NCBI GenBank assembly: GCA_965371805.1
Contig: CBDUZW010000004.1
Coordinates: 12,592 to 76,591 of the forward strand
Source of the DNA: an uncultured bacterium
GTDB lineage: Bacteria > Acidobacteriota > Aminicenantia > UBA2199
Direction: 5' to 3'
Length of the DNA stretch: 64,000 nt
A program made the position numbers and the translations under genes. Positions 10,405 through 19,915 of the stretch are shown piece after piece. The notes under the pieces are model-generated. The model saw only the letters and a list, made by a program, of their open reading frames with translations, was not told where the DNA came from and searched no databases. Position 1 is the first letter of the stretch. Each line of letters opens with the position of its first letter.

Positions 10405-12294
10405 ATGGATATACTAAACACATTAAGAGAAAATAAGTTTACTATCAGTGAAAAAAGAGAGAATAATAAGAAAAGTGTTTTATCTTGTTTGCTAAATAGT
10501 ATTAATCTAGGAACAAAATTTATAACAATTTTTCTGGTTTTTGCAACTATAATTTCCTGTAAAAATATCCCCAAAAAAGATGTGTCAGCAAAATTGCTGG
10601 TTAATCACTTAGGATATTATCAAAATAATGCTAAAAAATTTGTACTTCAGACCACCAGTGATGAAGTTCCCGGTAAATTTCAAGTTGTTAATGAAGAAGG
10701 TAGATCAGTTTTTGAAGCATCTTTTGAAAAAGGGGGTAGAATTGATAACTGGCACACAGGCAATGCCTATGCTGGAAATTTTTCTCAGATGAAAGATCCG
10801 GGTAAATACCGGATTATTACTGTTTTGGGTGCAAATACTATAAAAAGTGAATTATTTTCAATTAATAGTGTTGGTTTTAGTGATCAATGTTTGTCCAAAT
10901 TAATTGCTGGGTTTAAACATGAGCGATGTGCTGCTCCATATGATACAAAAGATCAAAAGATGACATATTTCGGCAAAAGAGAAGGCACAATTGATGTTCA
11001 TGGTGGATGGTACGATGCTTCCGGTGAAAAGGGAAAATATCTTAGCCATTTATGTTTTACCAATTATTTATGTCCGCAGCAAACACCCATGGTTGTTTGG
11101 AATATGCTTGAATCTGCTGAATTGTATTCCAAAAGAAATAGTAAGAAGGATTCCACCTTGCTAAAAAGTATTTTAGAGGAAGCTGCCTATGGAGCCGATT
11201 TTTTAGTTCGTATGCAGGATGAAGATGGTTATTTTTATACAACTATATTTGCAAATTGGAGCTGCGATCCTAAAAAACGTGAGATATGTGCCTACGAGGG
11301 ATCACATGGCAAAAAAACTAATAAATATAGGGCCGCTTTTAGAGAGGGTGCGGGTATTTCCATTGCAGCTTTAGCAAGGATCAGTAAGTCAGGGGCTTCT
11401 AGAGATTTTGATACTGCAAAGTATTTAGAAAAAGCTGAAAAAGGATATAAGCATTTAATGGACTATAGCCTTGGTTATGCTGATGATGGAAAAGAGAATA
11501 TTATAGACACTTACTGTGCCTTATTAGCTGCCACTGAGTTATATGCTGCAACAAATAAAGCATATTATCTTGAGCAATCACGGAAGTGGATGAAAAAGTT
11601 AGTTAGCTATCAGAGAGATGATGAAAAATATAAAGCATGGTGGAGTGCAGATTTCGAAGGTTCAAGACCCTATTTTCATGCTGCCGAGGCGGGTTTACCA
11701 TTAATTGCATTGTACCGATACCTTCAATTTGAAAATACTGAAGAGTTAAGAGGGATCGCAATTTCTGCAATCAAGAAATCAGTGACATTTGAATTAAGTA
11801 TGACCAATGAGGTGAACAACCCCTATGGTTATTCAAGACAGTACGTTAAAGCAGTTGATTCCAAGAGCCGTGCATCATTCTTTATCCCCCATAAAAATGA
11901 AACCGGTTATTGGTGGCAAGGTGAGAATGCCAGAATCGCATCACTTGCCAGTGCTTTTTACTTAGTGCAGCCATACTTAGATGAAGGACAAAAGGTCCTG
12001 GCTAATACTTATGCCACAAATCAGATAAATTGGATACTTGGTCTAAATCCATATGATGTAGGGATGCTTGAAGGCATAGGTCGTAATAATCCTAATTATC
12101 ATGAAGGTGGAGATAGATTGAATTATGTAGGTGGGGTATGTAATGGAATAACTGCTGGTTTTACAGATGAGACAGATATTGCATTTATGCCACTTCCTCA
12201 GGATAATGATCTTGCTCACAAATGGCGTTGGTCAGAACAGTGGATCCCTCATGCCGGATGGTTTATGCTGGCTGTTGCAAGTTCCGAAATGTAG
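10405..12294 (+). CDS. GH9 glycoside hydrolase, exo-beta-glucosaminidase-like
   Basis: VNHLGY, DVHGGWYDASGEKGKYLSHL, WWQGENAR, WILGLNPYD, WSEQWIPH; resembles Vibrionaceae chitin-cluster GH9 enzymes. Confidence 0.85.
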   Translation: MDILNTLRENKFTISEKRENNKKSVLSCLLNSINLGTKFITIFLVFATIISCKNIPKKDVSAKLLVNHLGYYQNNAKKFVLQTTSDEVPGKFQVVNEEGRSVFEASFEKGGRIDNWHTGNAYAGNFSQMKDPGKYRIITVLGANTIKSELFSINSVGFSDQCLSKLIAGFKHERCAAPYDTKDQKMTYFGKREGTIDVHGGWYDASGEKGKYLSHLCFTNYLCPQQTPMVVWNMLESAELYSKRNSKKDSTLLKSILEEAAYGADFLVRMQDEDGYFYTTIFANWSCDPKKREICAYEGSHGKKTNKYRAAFREGAGISIAALARISKSGASRDFDTAKYLEKAEKGYKHLMDYSLGYADDGKENIIDTYCALLAATELYAATNKAYYLEQSRKWMKKLVSYQRDDEKYKAWWSADFEGSRPYFHAAEAGLPLIALYRYLQFENTEELRGIAISAIKKSVTFELSMTNEVNNPYGYSRQYVKAVDSKSRASFFIPHKNETGYWWQGENARIASLASAFYLVQPYLDEGQKVLANTYATNQINWILGLNPYDVGMLEGIGRNNPNYHEGGDRLNYVGGVCNGITAGFTDETDIAFMPLPQDNDLAHKWRWSEQWIPHAGWFMLAVASSEM

Positions 12295-12357
12295 CTCACG
12301 AAATTTAAAAAAATTCATGTTGTCTTATAAGCTGTTAAAATTGAAGGGAAGGTTTAA

Positions 12358-12621
12358 ATGCTGCTTGAAGTGTTTCGTTAATCCTGATATTATGTTTTTG
12401 TACAGAAAGTGATCATGAAAACAATTATTTTATTATTTATGTTCTTTACAACTTTTATTTTTGCAGAGGATTTATATATGCCGATTAATATACAAAAGGG
12501 GTATATAAATAAGACAAGATCTGAATCAGGAAAGCCTGGTTTGAATTATTGGCAAAATCAGGCAAATTACAAGATAAACATCGACTTTGATCCATATACA
12601 TCTGTTTTAAAAGGAAATGAG
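12358..12621 (+). repeat. Direct repeat copy 1 (upstream region and 5' end of M1 peptidase gene)
   Basis: Matches 21816-22079 at offset 9458 with about 10 substitutions counted by eye. Confidence 0.95.
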
Positions 12622-14289
12622 GTCATTGGTTATTATAATAATAGCCCGGACACTCTGGATCATCTTATCTTTCATCTTTTTCCAAATTTATATCAAAAAG
12701 GAAGTCCCAGAGATTCTAAAATAGATGAGAATGATATCTATAATGGGATGCAGATTAAGTCTATTTATATTAATAAAAAAAAAATTGATATCAAAGGAAA
12801 AATGTCTGCTATTATATTTAGTACGCTAATGAAATTAAAATTAATGGATCCTATGAAACCGGGAACAAAAATCACAATATCAATAAACTGGGAATATAAA
12901 GAAAATAAAAACTCTCCAATCAGAAGTGGAATGGTAGATAAATCCAGTTTTTTTATTGCATATTTTTTTCCAAGAATTGCTGTTTATGATGACATAAATG
13001 GCTGGAACCAATCTGAATATACAAGTCTCACTGAATTTTATAATGACTTTGGCGATTTTGATGTAAATATTTCAGTTCCGGAAAAATTTATTGTCTGGGC
13101 TACCGGGCTTTTGCAAAATCCAGAAGAGGTACTGACAAAAAAGTATCTGGATAGATACAAATTTGCAATTAATTCGACTAAAATAGTAGAAATAATAGGA
13201 AAAAATGATATTTTAAAGAAAAAACATATAACAAGAGCTAAAAAGAAAAATATTTGGAAATTTAAAGCGGTTAATATCACTGATTTTGCTTTTGGGACAA
13301 GTGATCACTATTGCTGGAATGGAAAGAGTGTTGTGGTAAATAAAAAAACCGGGAAAAAAACTTTTGTGGAGACTTCCTATCCATATAAGTCGGAATATTT
13401 TAAACCGGTCTTGAAAATAGCCTGTGAGTCAATTGATTTTATGTCGAATGAGTTTCCAGGAGTCCCTTTTCCTTTTCCAAAAGAATCAATTTTCCAGGGA
13501 TATTCTGATATGGAGTATCCAATGATGGTTAATGATGCACCAATTAAAGATTTTTATTTAACAACAAAGTTGACATTTCATGAGATATTTCACTCTTATT
13601 TCCCCTTTTATACAGGATTAAATGAGACAAAATATGCCTGGATGGATGAAGGCCTTACATCTTTTGCTGATAATCTGTATTTGGATCAAAAAAAAATGGA
13701 AAAATACAAATTTTTCTATTTTCACGAATTATATCAAAAAGAGATTGGATACCATTCAGACATTCCTATATTTGCCCCTTCAGATATATTAAAAGCGCCG
13801 TCTTATTATCATAATTCATATTCCAAGGCTGCCGTTTTTTTTATTACATTAGAAGATTATTTAGGTAAAAGTGTTTTTAATAGATGTATTAAACGTTTTA
13901 TAAAGATCTGGAATGGAAAGCATCCAACGCCATATGATTTTTTCAATGTTTTTAAAAAAGAGAGTGCTGATAATTTAAATTGGCTCATAAAACCATGGAT
14001 ATTTGATTATGGCTATGTTGATCTGGGTATAAAAAAGGTTTCCCTTTTAAAAAATAAATTAGAAGTTGTCATAACAAAAAAAGGACATTATCCGGTACCT
14101 ATATATCTAAATATAGAATATAAAGACGGAACTCAAACTATTATAAAGCGCAATGTCTCTGAGTGGAAGAGTGGTAAAAACCATTATAAACTCCAGGCTT
14201 CTGTTTCAGGTAAAATAAAATCACTATTTCTTGGTGATAAAAGATTTAATGATGCTGATTTGTCAGATAATACATATAAATTTGATTGA
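12415..14289 (+). CDS. M1 family zinc metallopeptidase, secreted
   Basis: MEYPM, HEIFH and downstream WMDEG; signal peptide. Confidence 0.92.
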   Translation: MKTIILLFMFFTTFIFAEDLYMPINIQKGYINKTRSESGKPGLNYWQNQANYKINIDFDPYTSVLKGNEVIGYYNNSPDTLDHLIFHLFPNLYQKGSPRDSKIDENDIYNGMQIKSIYINKKKIDIKGKMSAIIFSTLMKLKLMDPMKPGTKITISINWEYKENKNSPIRSGMVDKSSFFIAYFFPRIAVYDDINGWNQSEYTSLTEFYNDFGDFDVNISVPEKFIVWATGLLQNPEEVLTKKYLDRYKFAINSTKIVEIIGKNDILKKKHITRAKKKNIWKFKAVNITDFAFGTSDHYCWNGKSVVVNKKTGKKTFVETSYPYKSEYFKPVLKIACESIDFMSNEFPGVPFPFPKESIFQGYSDMEYPMMVNDAPIKDFYLTTKLTFHEIFHSYFPFYTGLNETKYAWMDEGLTSFADNLYLDQKKMEKYKFFYFHELYQKEIGYHSDIPIFAPSDILKAPSYYHNSYSKAAVFFITLEDYLGKSVFNRCIKRFIKIWNGKHPTPYDFFNVFKKESADNLNWLIKPWIFDYGYVDLGIKKVSLLKNKLEVVITKKGHYPVPIYLNIEYKDGTQTIIKRNVSEWKSGKNHYKLQASVSGKIKSLFLGDKRFNDADLSDNTYKFD

Positions 14290-14561
14290 TAAATTTATTT
14301 TTTTAATTCAATTTTGTGAATATTCATCGACAATCTCGTTAACTATTCAACATAACTTGCGTTATGCTGTTTTTTTTAAGATAATTCTTCCTGTTCTTAG
14401 TATTTCAGATAAAAAAGAAGTTTTTTTATGATTATCTATTTCTTTTTTGTTGAAAAAAAGAAAGAAATCCGTTATATTTATACTGTAGACTGAAAATTGA
14501 TAAATTAGAATATTTAGAATGAATGATAAAGTTTAAAAAAGAATATGTTATATATAAATAG

Positions 14562-15143
14562 GTGGCAGTAATGATAGAACTCTCAGGTCCCTGGATAAAA
14601 GGATATGCTTTTGACATTCATACAATAAGTAGTGATTTTACAGGTGACAACGAATTCGGGCATCCAACATTTGATACCAAAAGAAGCCAAATTGGACAAC
14701 TTTTATATGAATTAAAATATGGGCAACACGAAGAGGTACTATCACAAATAACGGATTTGATATTAAGTGATTCTAGTTTTAATAGTTTCATATCTCAGAT
14801 TAATGTTATTCTGCCGGTACCTCCATCTAACAATTATAGACGCATTCAACCTGTTAGAATAATTTCTGATTCAATTGCTGAACGATTTTCTATAGAAGCA
14901 AAACATGATATATTGAATTCTACAAATAAAGAAGAATTAAAGAATTTAGAATCAGATAAAAAATACAAAAAAATAAGGGACAATTTAAAGGTTATTAAAA
15001 AGTTGAACCAGAATGACAATATATTAATTGTTGATGACATTTTTGATAGTGGTTCTACATTGCAGGCAATCACAGATATTCTTAATGAAAATGGATATAA
15101 AAACATTTATATATTCACCCTAACAAAAACTAAAGGTAAATAA
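14562..15143 (+). CDS. ComF-like phosphoribosyltransferase (putative toxin/defence component)
   Basis: PRPP-binding ILIVDDIFDSGSTL, PVPPS, LKY motifs. Confidence 0.85.
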   Translation: MAVMIELSGPWIKGYAFDIHTISSDFTGDNEFGHPTFDTKRSQIGQLLYELKYGQHEEVLSQITDLILSDSSFNSFISQINVILPVPPSNNYRRIQPVRIISDSIAERFSIEAKHDILNSTNKEELKNLESDKKYKKIRDNLKVIKKLNQNDNILIVDDIFDSGSTLQAITDILNENGYKNIYIFTLTKTKGK

Positions 15144-15144
15144 A

Positions 15145-15630
15145 ATGAAAGTATTTATATCAGGATCGATAAGTATTAAGAGATTGCCAGGTAATGCTAT
15201 AAAAAAAATAGACAGTATAATTGATAAAAATATAACAATTATTATTGGAGATGCAAAAGGTATCGATAGTATTGTTCAAAAATATCTCATTAAAAAAGGT
15301 TATAAAAATGTAATTGTTTATTTTGCTGGAGACTTAATAAGAAATAATATTGGTAATTGGCAAACTATTAATGTCCCAAACAATAATAATTTGAAGGGTA
15401 GAGAATTATATACAATAAAAGATATAAGAATGGCAAAAGAAGCAGATTATGGACTCATGATTTGGGATAACAAAAGCAAAGGAACATTAAGCAATATTAA
15501 AGAGATGAAAAAATACAATAAACAATTTTTCGTAATATTTAATGATTTAATTGTAAATGAAAAACATATTGATAAAATTTTAAAAACAAGAGACTCTTAT
15601 GAAGTAAATAATCAATTAAGTTTATTTTAA
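15145..15630 (+). CDS. SLOG/DprA-like Rossmann-fold protein
   Basis: VFISGS, IIIGDAKGID, KDIRMAKEADYGLMIWDNKSKGT; begins 1 nt after the PRTase stop. Confidence 0.7.
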   Translation: MKVFISGSISIKRLPGNAIKKIDSIIDKNITIIIGDAKGIDSIVQKYLIKKGYKNVIVYFAGDLIRNNIGNWQTINVPNNNNLKGRELYTIKDIRMAKEADYGLMIWDNKSKGTLSNIKEMKKYNKQFFVIFNDLIVNEKHIDKILKTRDSYEVNNQLSLF

Positions 15631-15789
15631 AAAAAGAGAAGAAGAAATCTGATTTTATTTCTTGAGTTATGTTTATGTGCTAGTCAAATATTAGAAAAAT
15701 AGAAGAATTATATTAGGTAAAAAAACGTCTGGATTATATACATATTAAATGCATGAAGTCTTTTGATGATTTTGGTGCCAGGCCACATT

Positions 15790-15959
15790 TTTTATTTCGT
15801 AACAAGATAAAAAACAAAGGAAAATACTGGGATGATCTTTTCTTTAAGATGAGTAATGATATTAATGGGGTTAAGCTTATAGGAATTATGGCATGGGTTG
15901 GAGTCAGGTGTTTTGGATGGATTCCCTGGAATGATTATAGGGATGAGGAAGGGATGTAA
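15790..15959 (+). pseudogene. Probable C-terminal remnant of a DUF1353-like gene
   Basis: WDDLFFKM...MAWVGVRCFGWIPW resembles DUF1353 C-termini; no matching N-terminus. Confidence 0.4.
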
Positions 15960-15967
15960 TTTTTTAT

Positions 15968-15996
15968 TTGCAATTTAAATATAATCGTTTTATAAT
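15968..15996 (+). promoter_or_regulatory. Sigma70-type promoter of the zinc-ribbon nuclease gene
   Basis: TTGCAA-17 nt-TATAAT; near-identical copy at 21388-21417. Confidence 0.7.
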
Positions 15997-16004
15997 TTTA
16001 TCTA

Positions 16005-16065
16005 TCACCCACGCAGTGAGGCCACATGGTGGCAACAAATAAACAGGGCTGTGCCCTAAAGGTGA
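16005..16065 (+). ncRNA. Candidate structured leader (three hairpins closed by TCACC/GGTGA)
   Basis: CAC-GCA-GTG, GCCAC-ATG-GTGGC and AGGGC-TGT-GCCCT hairpins; GC-rich patch in AT-rich DNA between promoter and ATG. Confidence 0.45.
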
Positions 16066-16084
16066 ATTAATTATTAACTTAAAG

Positions 16085-19021
16085 ATGAAAAAAAAGAGTC
16101 TAAAAGAAGTTAATCCTGAATTAGCAAAACAATGGCATCCAACTAAAAATGGGAACTTAACTCCTGATCATGTTACTCTTGGATCAGGTAAGAAAGTTTG
16201 GTGGGTGTGCAACAATAAGCACGAATGGGAAACCGCTATTTATAATAGAAATAAAGGTAATGGCTGTCCTTATTGCTCTGGACATAGAGTTTCTCCTGAT
16301 AAAAGCCTTTTCATAATTAATTCTAAATTATCTAAATCATGGCATCCAACTAAAAACGAAAATATGACTCCTGAAGATGTCTTGCCAAATTCAAATAAAA
16401 GTGTTTGGTGGATTTGTAATAAAGATCATGAATGGAAAGCTACAATTGCTAGTAGAAATGGTGGGGATAACTGTCCTTTTTGTTCTGGACACAGAGTCAC
16501 TCCTGAAAATTGTCTTGCAACTATTAATCCCAAATTATCAGAACAATGGCATCTAATTAAAAATGGGAATTTTACTCCGGTTCAGGTTACCCCAAACTCA
16601 CATAAAAAAGTATGGTGGCAATGTATTAAGGGTCATGTTTGGGAAGCTATAATTGCAAGTAGAAATCGTGGAAATGGTTGTCCTTATTGTGCAGGTGTAA
16701 AAGTTTGTATTGATAACTGCTTAGCAACTTTGAATCCATCTCTTGTCAAAGAATGGCATCCAACTAAAAACGGAAAACTTACTTCTAAAGATGTTACGCC
16801 TGGATCTGAAAATATTGTTTGGTGGCAGTGTTCTAAAGATCATGAATGGCAGACAAGTATAAATAATAGAAATAAAGGTGATGGATGTCCTTTTTGTTCG
16901 GGAAAAAAAGTAAATGAAGAAAATTGTTTAACAACTGTGAATTCTTCTCTTGCCAAAGAATGGCATCCAACAAAAAACAAAGAATTAACACCTTTAGATG
17001 TAACAATAAGCTCTAATAAGAAAGTTTGGTGGAAATGTATCAATGATCATGAATGGCTCACAACTGTAAACCATAGAACTTCCGGTAATAATTGCCCCTT
17101 CTGTTCTGGTAGATATGCGACAAGAGAAAATTGTTTAGCAGTCAAAAATCCAGAACTAGCTTCAGAATGGCACCCAACTAAAAATGGTGAGCTTTCCCCC
17201 AGAGATATAACTGTATCTTCTAATAAGAAAGTTTGGTGGATATGTAAAAGAGGTCATGAATGGGAAGTAGCTCCTAATCACAGAACTAGAGGAAGTGGTT
17301 GTCCATATTGTGTATCTTCAACGTCTGAAATTGAAATATATATTTATTCTGAGATAAAGTACTTTTTTAAAAATGCAATACATAGGCATAAAATTGATGG
17401 AATTGAATGTGATATTTATATTCCAGAATTAAAGTTAGCAATAGAATATGATGGGGGATATTGGCACAAAGACTCAATACAAAGAGATTTAAGAAAAAAC
17501 AATAAACTAGAAAAATTAGATATAAGCATTCTCAGAATAAGAGGCAAAGGTCTTAAAAAAATATCTTCAACAGATATTCATTATAATTTTGGTAAAGGTA
17601 AAAAAACAGATTTATTAAAGGACATATCATTGTTTTTAATTAAACAAAATAATATTTTATCTCAGAAAGTTATTTTACTTCAGAAATATATAGATAATCC
17701 TAAACAAATTAATATTGCTTTTTATAAAAAATATATTGACCGCTTACCTTTCCCATTTGAAGGACAGAGCTTAGCAGATCAATTACCGCACTTAGTTTCA
17801 GAATGGCATCCGACTAAAAATGGAAATTTAGCTCCTGATCAGGTAACGTCATCATCAAATAAAAAAGTTTGGTGGGAGTGTAAGTTTGGACATGAATGGG
17901 AAACTACTGTTGCTCACAGAAGTGGAGGTACCAATTGTCCTTTTTGCTCAGGGAGATATGCGACAAAAGAAAATTGTTTAGCAATTAAAAATCCTGAACT
18001 ATCAAACCTATGGCATCCAATGAAGAATGGAAAATTAACTCCTAAAGATGTAACTTCTGGATCGAACAAAAAAGTCTGGTGGCAATGCGAAAAAGGGCAC
18101 GAATGGGAAGCAAGAGTTGCTGATAGAAATAAGGGTGATGGCTGTCCTTATTGTTCTGGAAAAAAGGTTTGTTTAGAGAATTGCTTAGCAGTTTTAAATC
18201 CGAAATTATCCAAAGAATGGCATCCTATAAAGAATATAGATTTAACTCCATATCAAGTCACTCCGGGATCAGGGAAAAAAGTCTGGTGGATTTGTTCCGA
18301 AAGACATGATTACCAAGCTCAGATTGCAAATAGAAATAATGGTACAGGATGTCCTAAGTGTTCAATTAATAGAGAAATAAAAGTACCAATAAATAGAAGT
18401 TTACAAATAATTAATCCGGAATTATCTAAAGAATGGCACCCTACTAAAAATGGAGATCTTTCTGCTGTTAAAGTTACTCCAGGATCTAATAAGAAAGTTT
18501 GGTGGCAATGTGAAAAAAAACATGATTGGGAAGCTCAAATTGCAAAAAGAACAAAAGGTACAGGATGTCCATATTGCTCAGGGAAGAAAATATGTTATGA
18601 TAATTGTTTAGCTACAATTAATCCTGATCTAGCCAAAGAATGGCATCTAACAAAAAATGGCAAATTAAATCCAGATATGGTTACTCCTGGTTCTGGGAAA
18701 AAAATCTGGTGGAAATGTGAAAAGGGTCATGAATGGGAAACCGCAATTTGTAATAGAAATAAAGGTACAGGCTGTCCCTATTGTGTAGGACAAAAAGTTT
18801 CAATAGATAATTGTCTCGCTACAATTAATCCTGAAATATCCAAACAGTGGCATCCAACAAAGAACGGAGATTTAAAGCCAACAGATTTTACTTTTAGTTC
18901 AGGTAAATATATATGGTGGGTATGTAATAATGAGCATGTATGGCAAGCTTCAATAACAAATAGAAATAAAGGACGTGGTTGTCCTAATTGTTTTAATCTT
19001 AAAAGAGGAGTAATAAAGTGA
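16085..19021 (+). CDS. Zinc-ribbon (DUF4379-like) repeat protein, 6+6 repeats around a Vsr/DUF559-like endonuclease domain
   Basis: Twelve ~69-aa repeats WHxxKN...VWWxC...H(E/D/V)W...R...CPxC (207-bp period); central SEIE...ECDIYIPELKLAIEYDGGYWH...RDLRKN. Confidence 0.9.
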   Translation: MKKKSLKEVNPELAKQWHPTKNGNLTPDHVTLGSGKKVWWVCNNKHEWETAIYNRNKGNGCPYCSGHRVSPDKSLFIINSKLSKSWHPTKNENMTPEDVLPNSNKSVWWICNKDHEWKATIASRNGGDNCPFCSGHRVTPENCLATINPKLSEQWHLIKNGNFTPVQVTPNSHKKVWWQCIKGHVWEAIIASRNRGNGCPYCAGVKVCIDNCLATLNPSLVKEWHPTKNGKLTSKDVTPGSENIVWWQCSKDHEWQTSINNRNKGDGCPFCSGKKVNEENCLTTVNSSLAKEWHPTKNKELTPLDVTISSNKKVWWKCINDHEWLTTVNHRTSGNNCPFCSGRYATRENCLAVKNPELASEWHPTKNGELSPRDITVSSNKKVWWICKRGHEWEVAPNHRTRGSGCPYCVSSTSEIEIYIYSEIKYFFKNAIHRHKIDGIECDIYIPELKLAIEYDGGYWHKDSIQRDLRKNNKLEKLDISILRIRGKGLKKISSTDIHYNFGKGKKTDLLKDISLFLIKQNNILSQKVILLQKYIDNPKQINIAFYKKYIDRLPFPFEGQSLADQLPHLVSEWHPTKNGNLAPDQVTSSSNKKVWWECKFGHEWETTVAHRSGGTNCPFCSGRYATKENCLAIKNPELSNLWHPMKNGKLTPKDVTSGSNKKVWWQCEKGHEWEARVADRNKGDGCPYCSGKKVCLENCLAVLNPKLSKEWHPIKNIDLTPYQVTPGSGKKVWWICSERHDYQAQIANRNNGTGCPKCSINREIKVPINRSLQIINPELSKEWHPTKNGDLSAVKVTPGSNKKVWWQCEKKHDWEAQIAKRTKGTGCPYCSGKKICYDNCLATINPDLAKEWHLTKNGKLNPDMVTPGSGKKIWWKCEKGHEWETAICNRNKGTGCPYCVGQKVSIDNCLATINPEISKQWHPTKNGDLKPTDFTFSSGKYIWWVCNNEHVWQASITNRNKGRGCPNCFNLKRGVIK

Positions 19022-19035
19022 AATATTATAGTTCT

Positions 19036-19078
19036 GGATTGATTAATGAAAAAAATAGATGAAATAGATTTTATGGGG
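19036..19078 (+). repeat. Inter-gene repeat R1
   Basis: GGATTGATTAATGAAAAAAATAGATGAAATAGATTTTATGGGG; 39/43 identical to R2. Confidence 0.9.
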
Positions 19079-19083
19079 ATATA

Positions 19084-19860
19084 ATGTCAACAAGTAATAG
19101 TTACAGAATTACAGCGTTTAAAAATTATAGCGATTCTATCCGTGAATTAGTAAATGATATAGTAAAACCTCACAGAGATAATAAAATTAAACCTTGGGGA
19201 TAACATGTAAATAAAAAGCTTAAAATCAATGATAATAACAATTGGGGGTTTATTTGTGTTGCAATGGACCAAATTAAAGAAACTAATGAAACAGTTGAAG
19301 AATTTTTAAAATTTGGGTTACAAGGTCCATGCCGTTATATAAGTTTTGGAGAAAAATATTTGAGATTAATTGGGTTTTTAAATATTATTTACCTTCAATC
19401 TAAAGCGATTTTAGCTTTAGCAACAATTTTTGATATTAAAAACATAAAAGAAATAAAAAATAAATTTAAGGAAACATCATTAATAAAAATGAGAAATCAA
19501 ATAGGATCACATGTTATTGATTATAGTGATCAAGAAAATAAAAAGAATTGTTATACAGTTTCTTATAATTTACATGATGAGAATATAAATTATGTTAATT
19601 ACTCAAATGATGAAAAAGGATACGCATATAATATATTTGATGAATGTAACAAATATTATTCTTTGGCATTAGAATGTTTAGATTTAATCACATACAAAAT
19701 AGTGAAAACTTGTTACAAAACTTCAAAAAAAAAATATAATGAATGGGTAGAAAAGCTTAAAGACTATAAGCAAATTGCAAATGGGACAATGATAATTAAT
19801 AGTGATGGAGATAATAAGATTAAAGTACTTGTACCAAAAGAGTTCTTACCAGACCTGTGA
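19084..19860 (+). pseudogene. Hypothetical protein interrupted by one in-frame TAA (19201-19203)
   Basis: ATG 19084 directly after R1 is in frame with the 19264-19860 ORF; only a single stop intervenes. Confidence 0.7.
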
Positions 19861-19864
19861 ACTC

Positions 19865-19907
19865 GGATCGACTTATGAAAGAAATAGATGAAATAGATTT
19901 TATGGGG
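19865..19907 (+). repeat. Inter-gene repeat R2
   Basis: GGATCGACTTATGAAAGAAATAGATGAAATAGATTTTATGGGG. Confidence 0.9.
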
Positions 19908-19915
19908 TGATTGAT

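Noticed and set aside
10405-10560. Extra ~38 aa before the lipoprotein-like signal of the GH9
   Set aside because: Could be a long n-region or a mis-set start; cannot be resolved without homologues
16005-16065. tRNA or known riboswitch
   Set aside because: Three-nucleotide loops, no T-loop or anticodon arm, and no riboswitch consensus I recognise
16085-19021. 207-bp DNA periodicity as a non-coding repeat array or DGR template/variable pair
   Set aside because: Explained by in-frame protein repeats; no reverse transcriptase in the window
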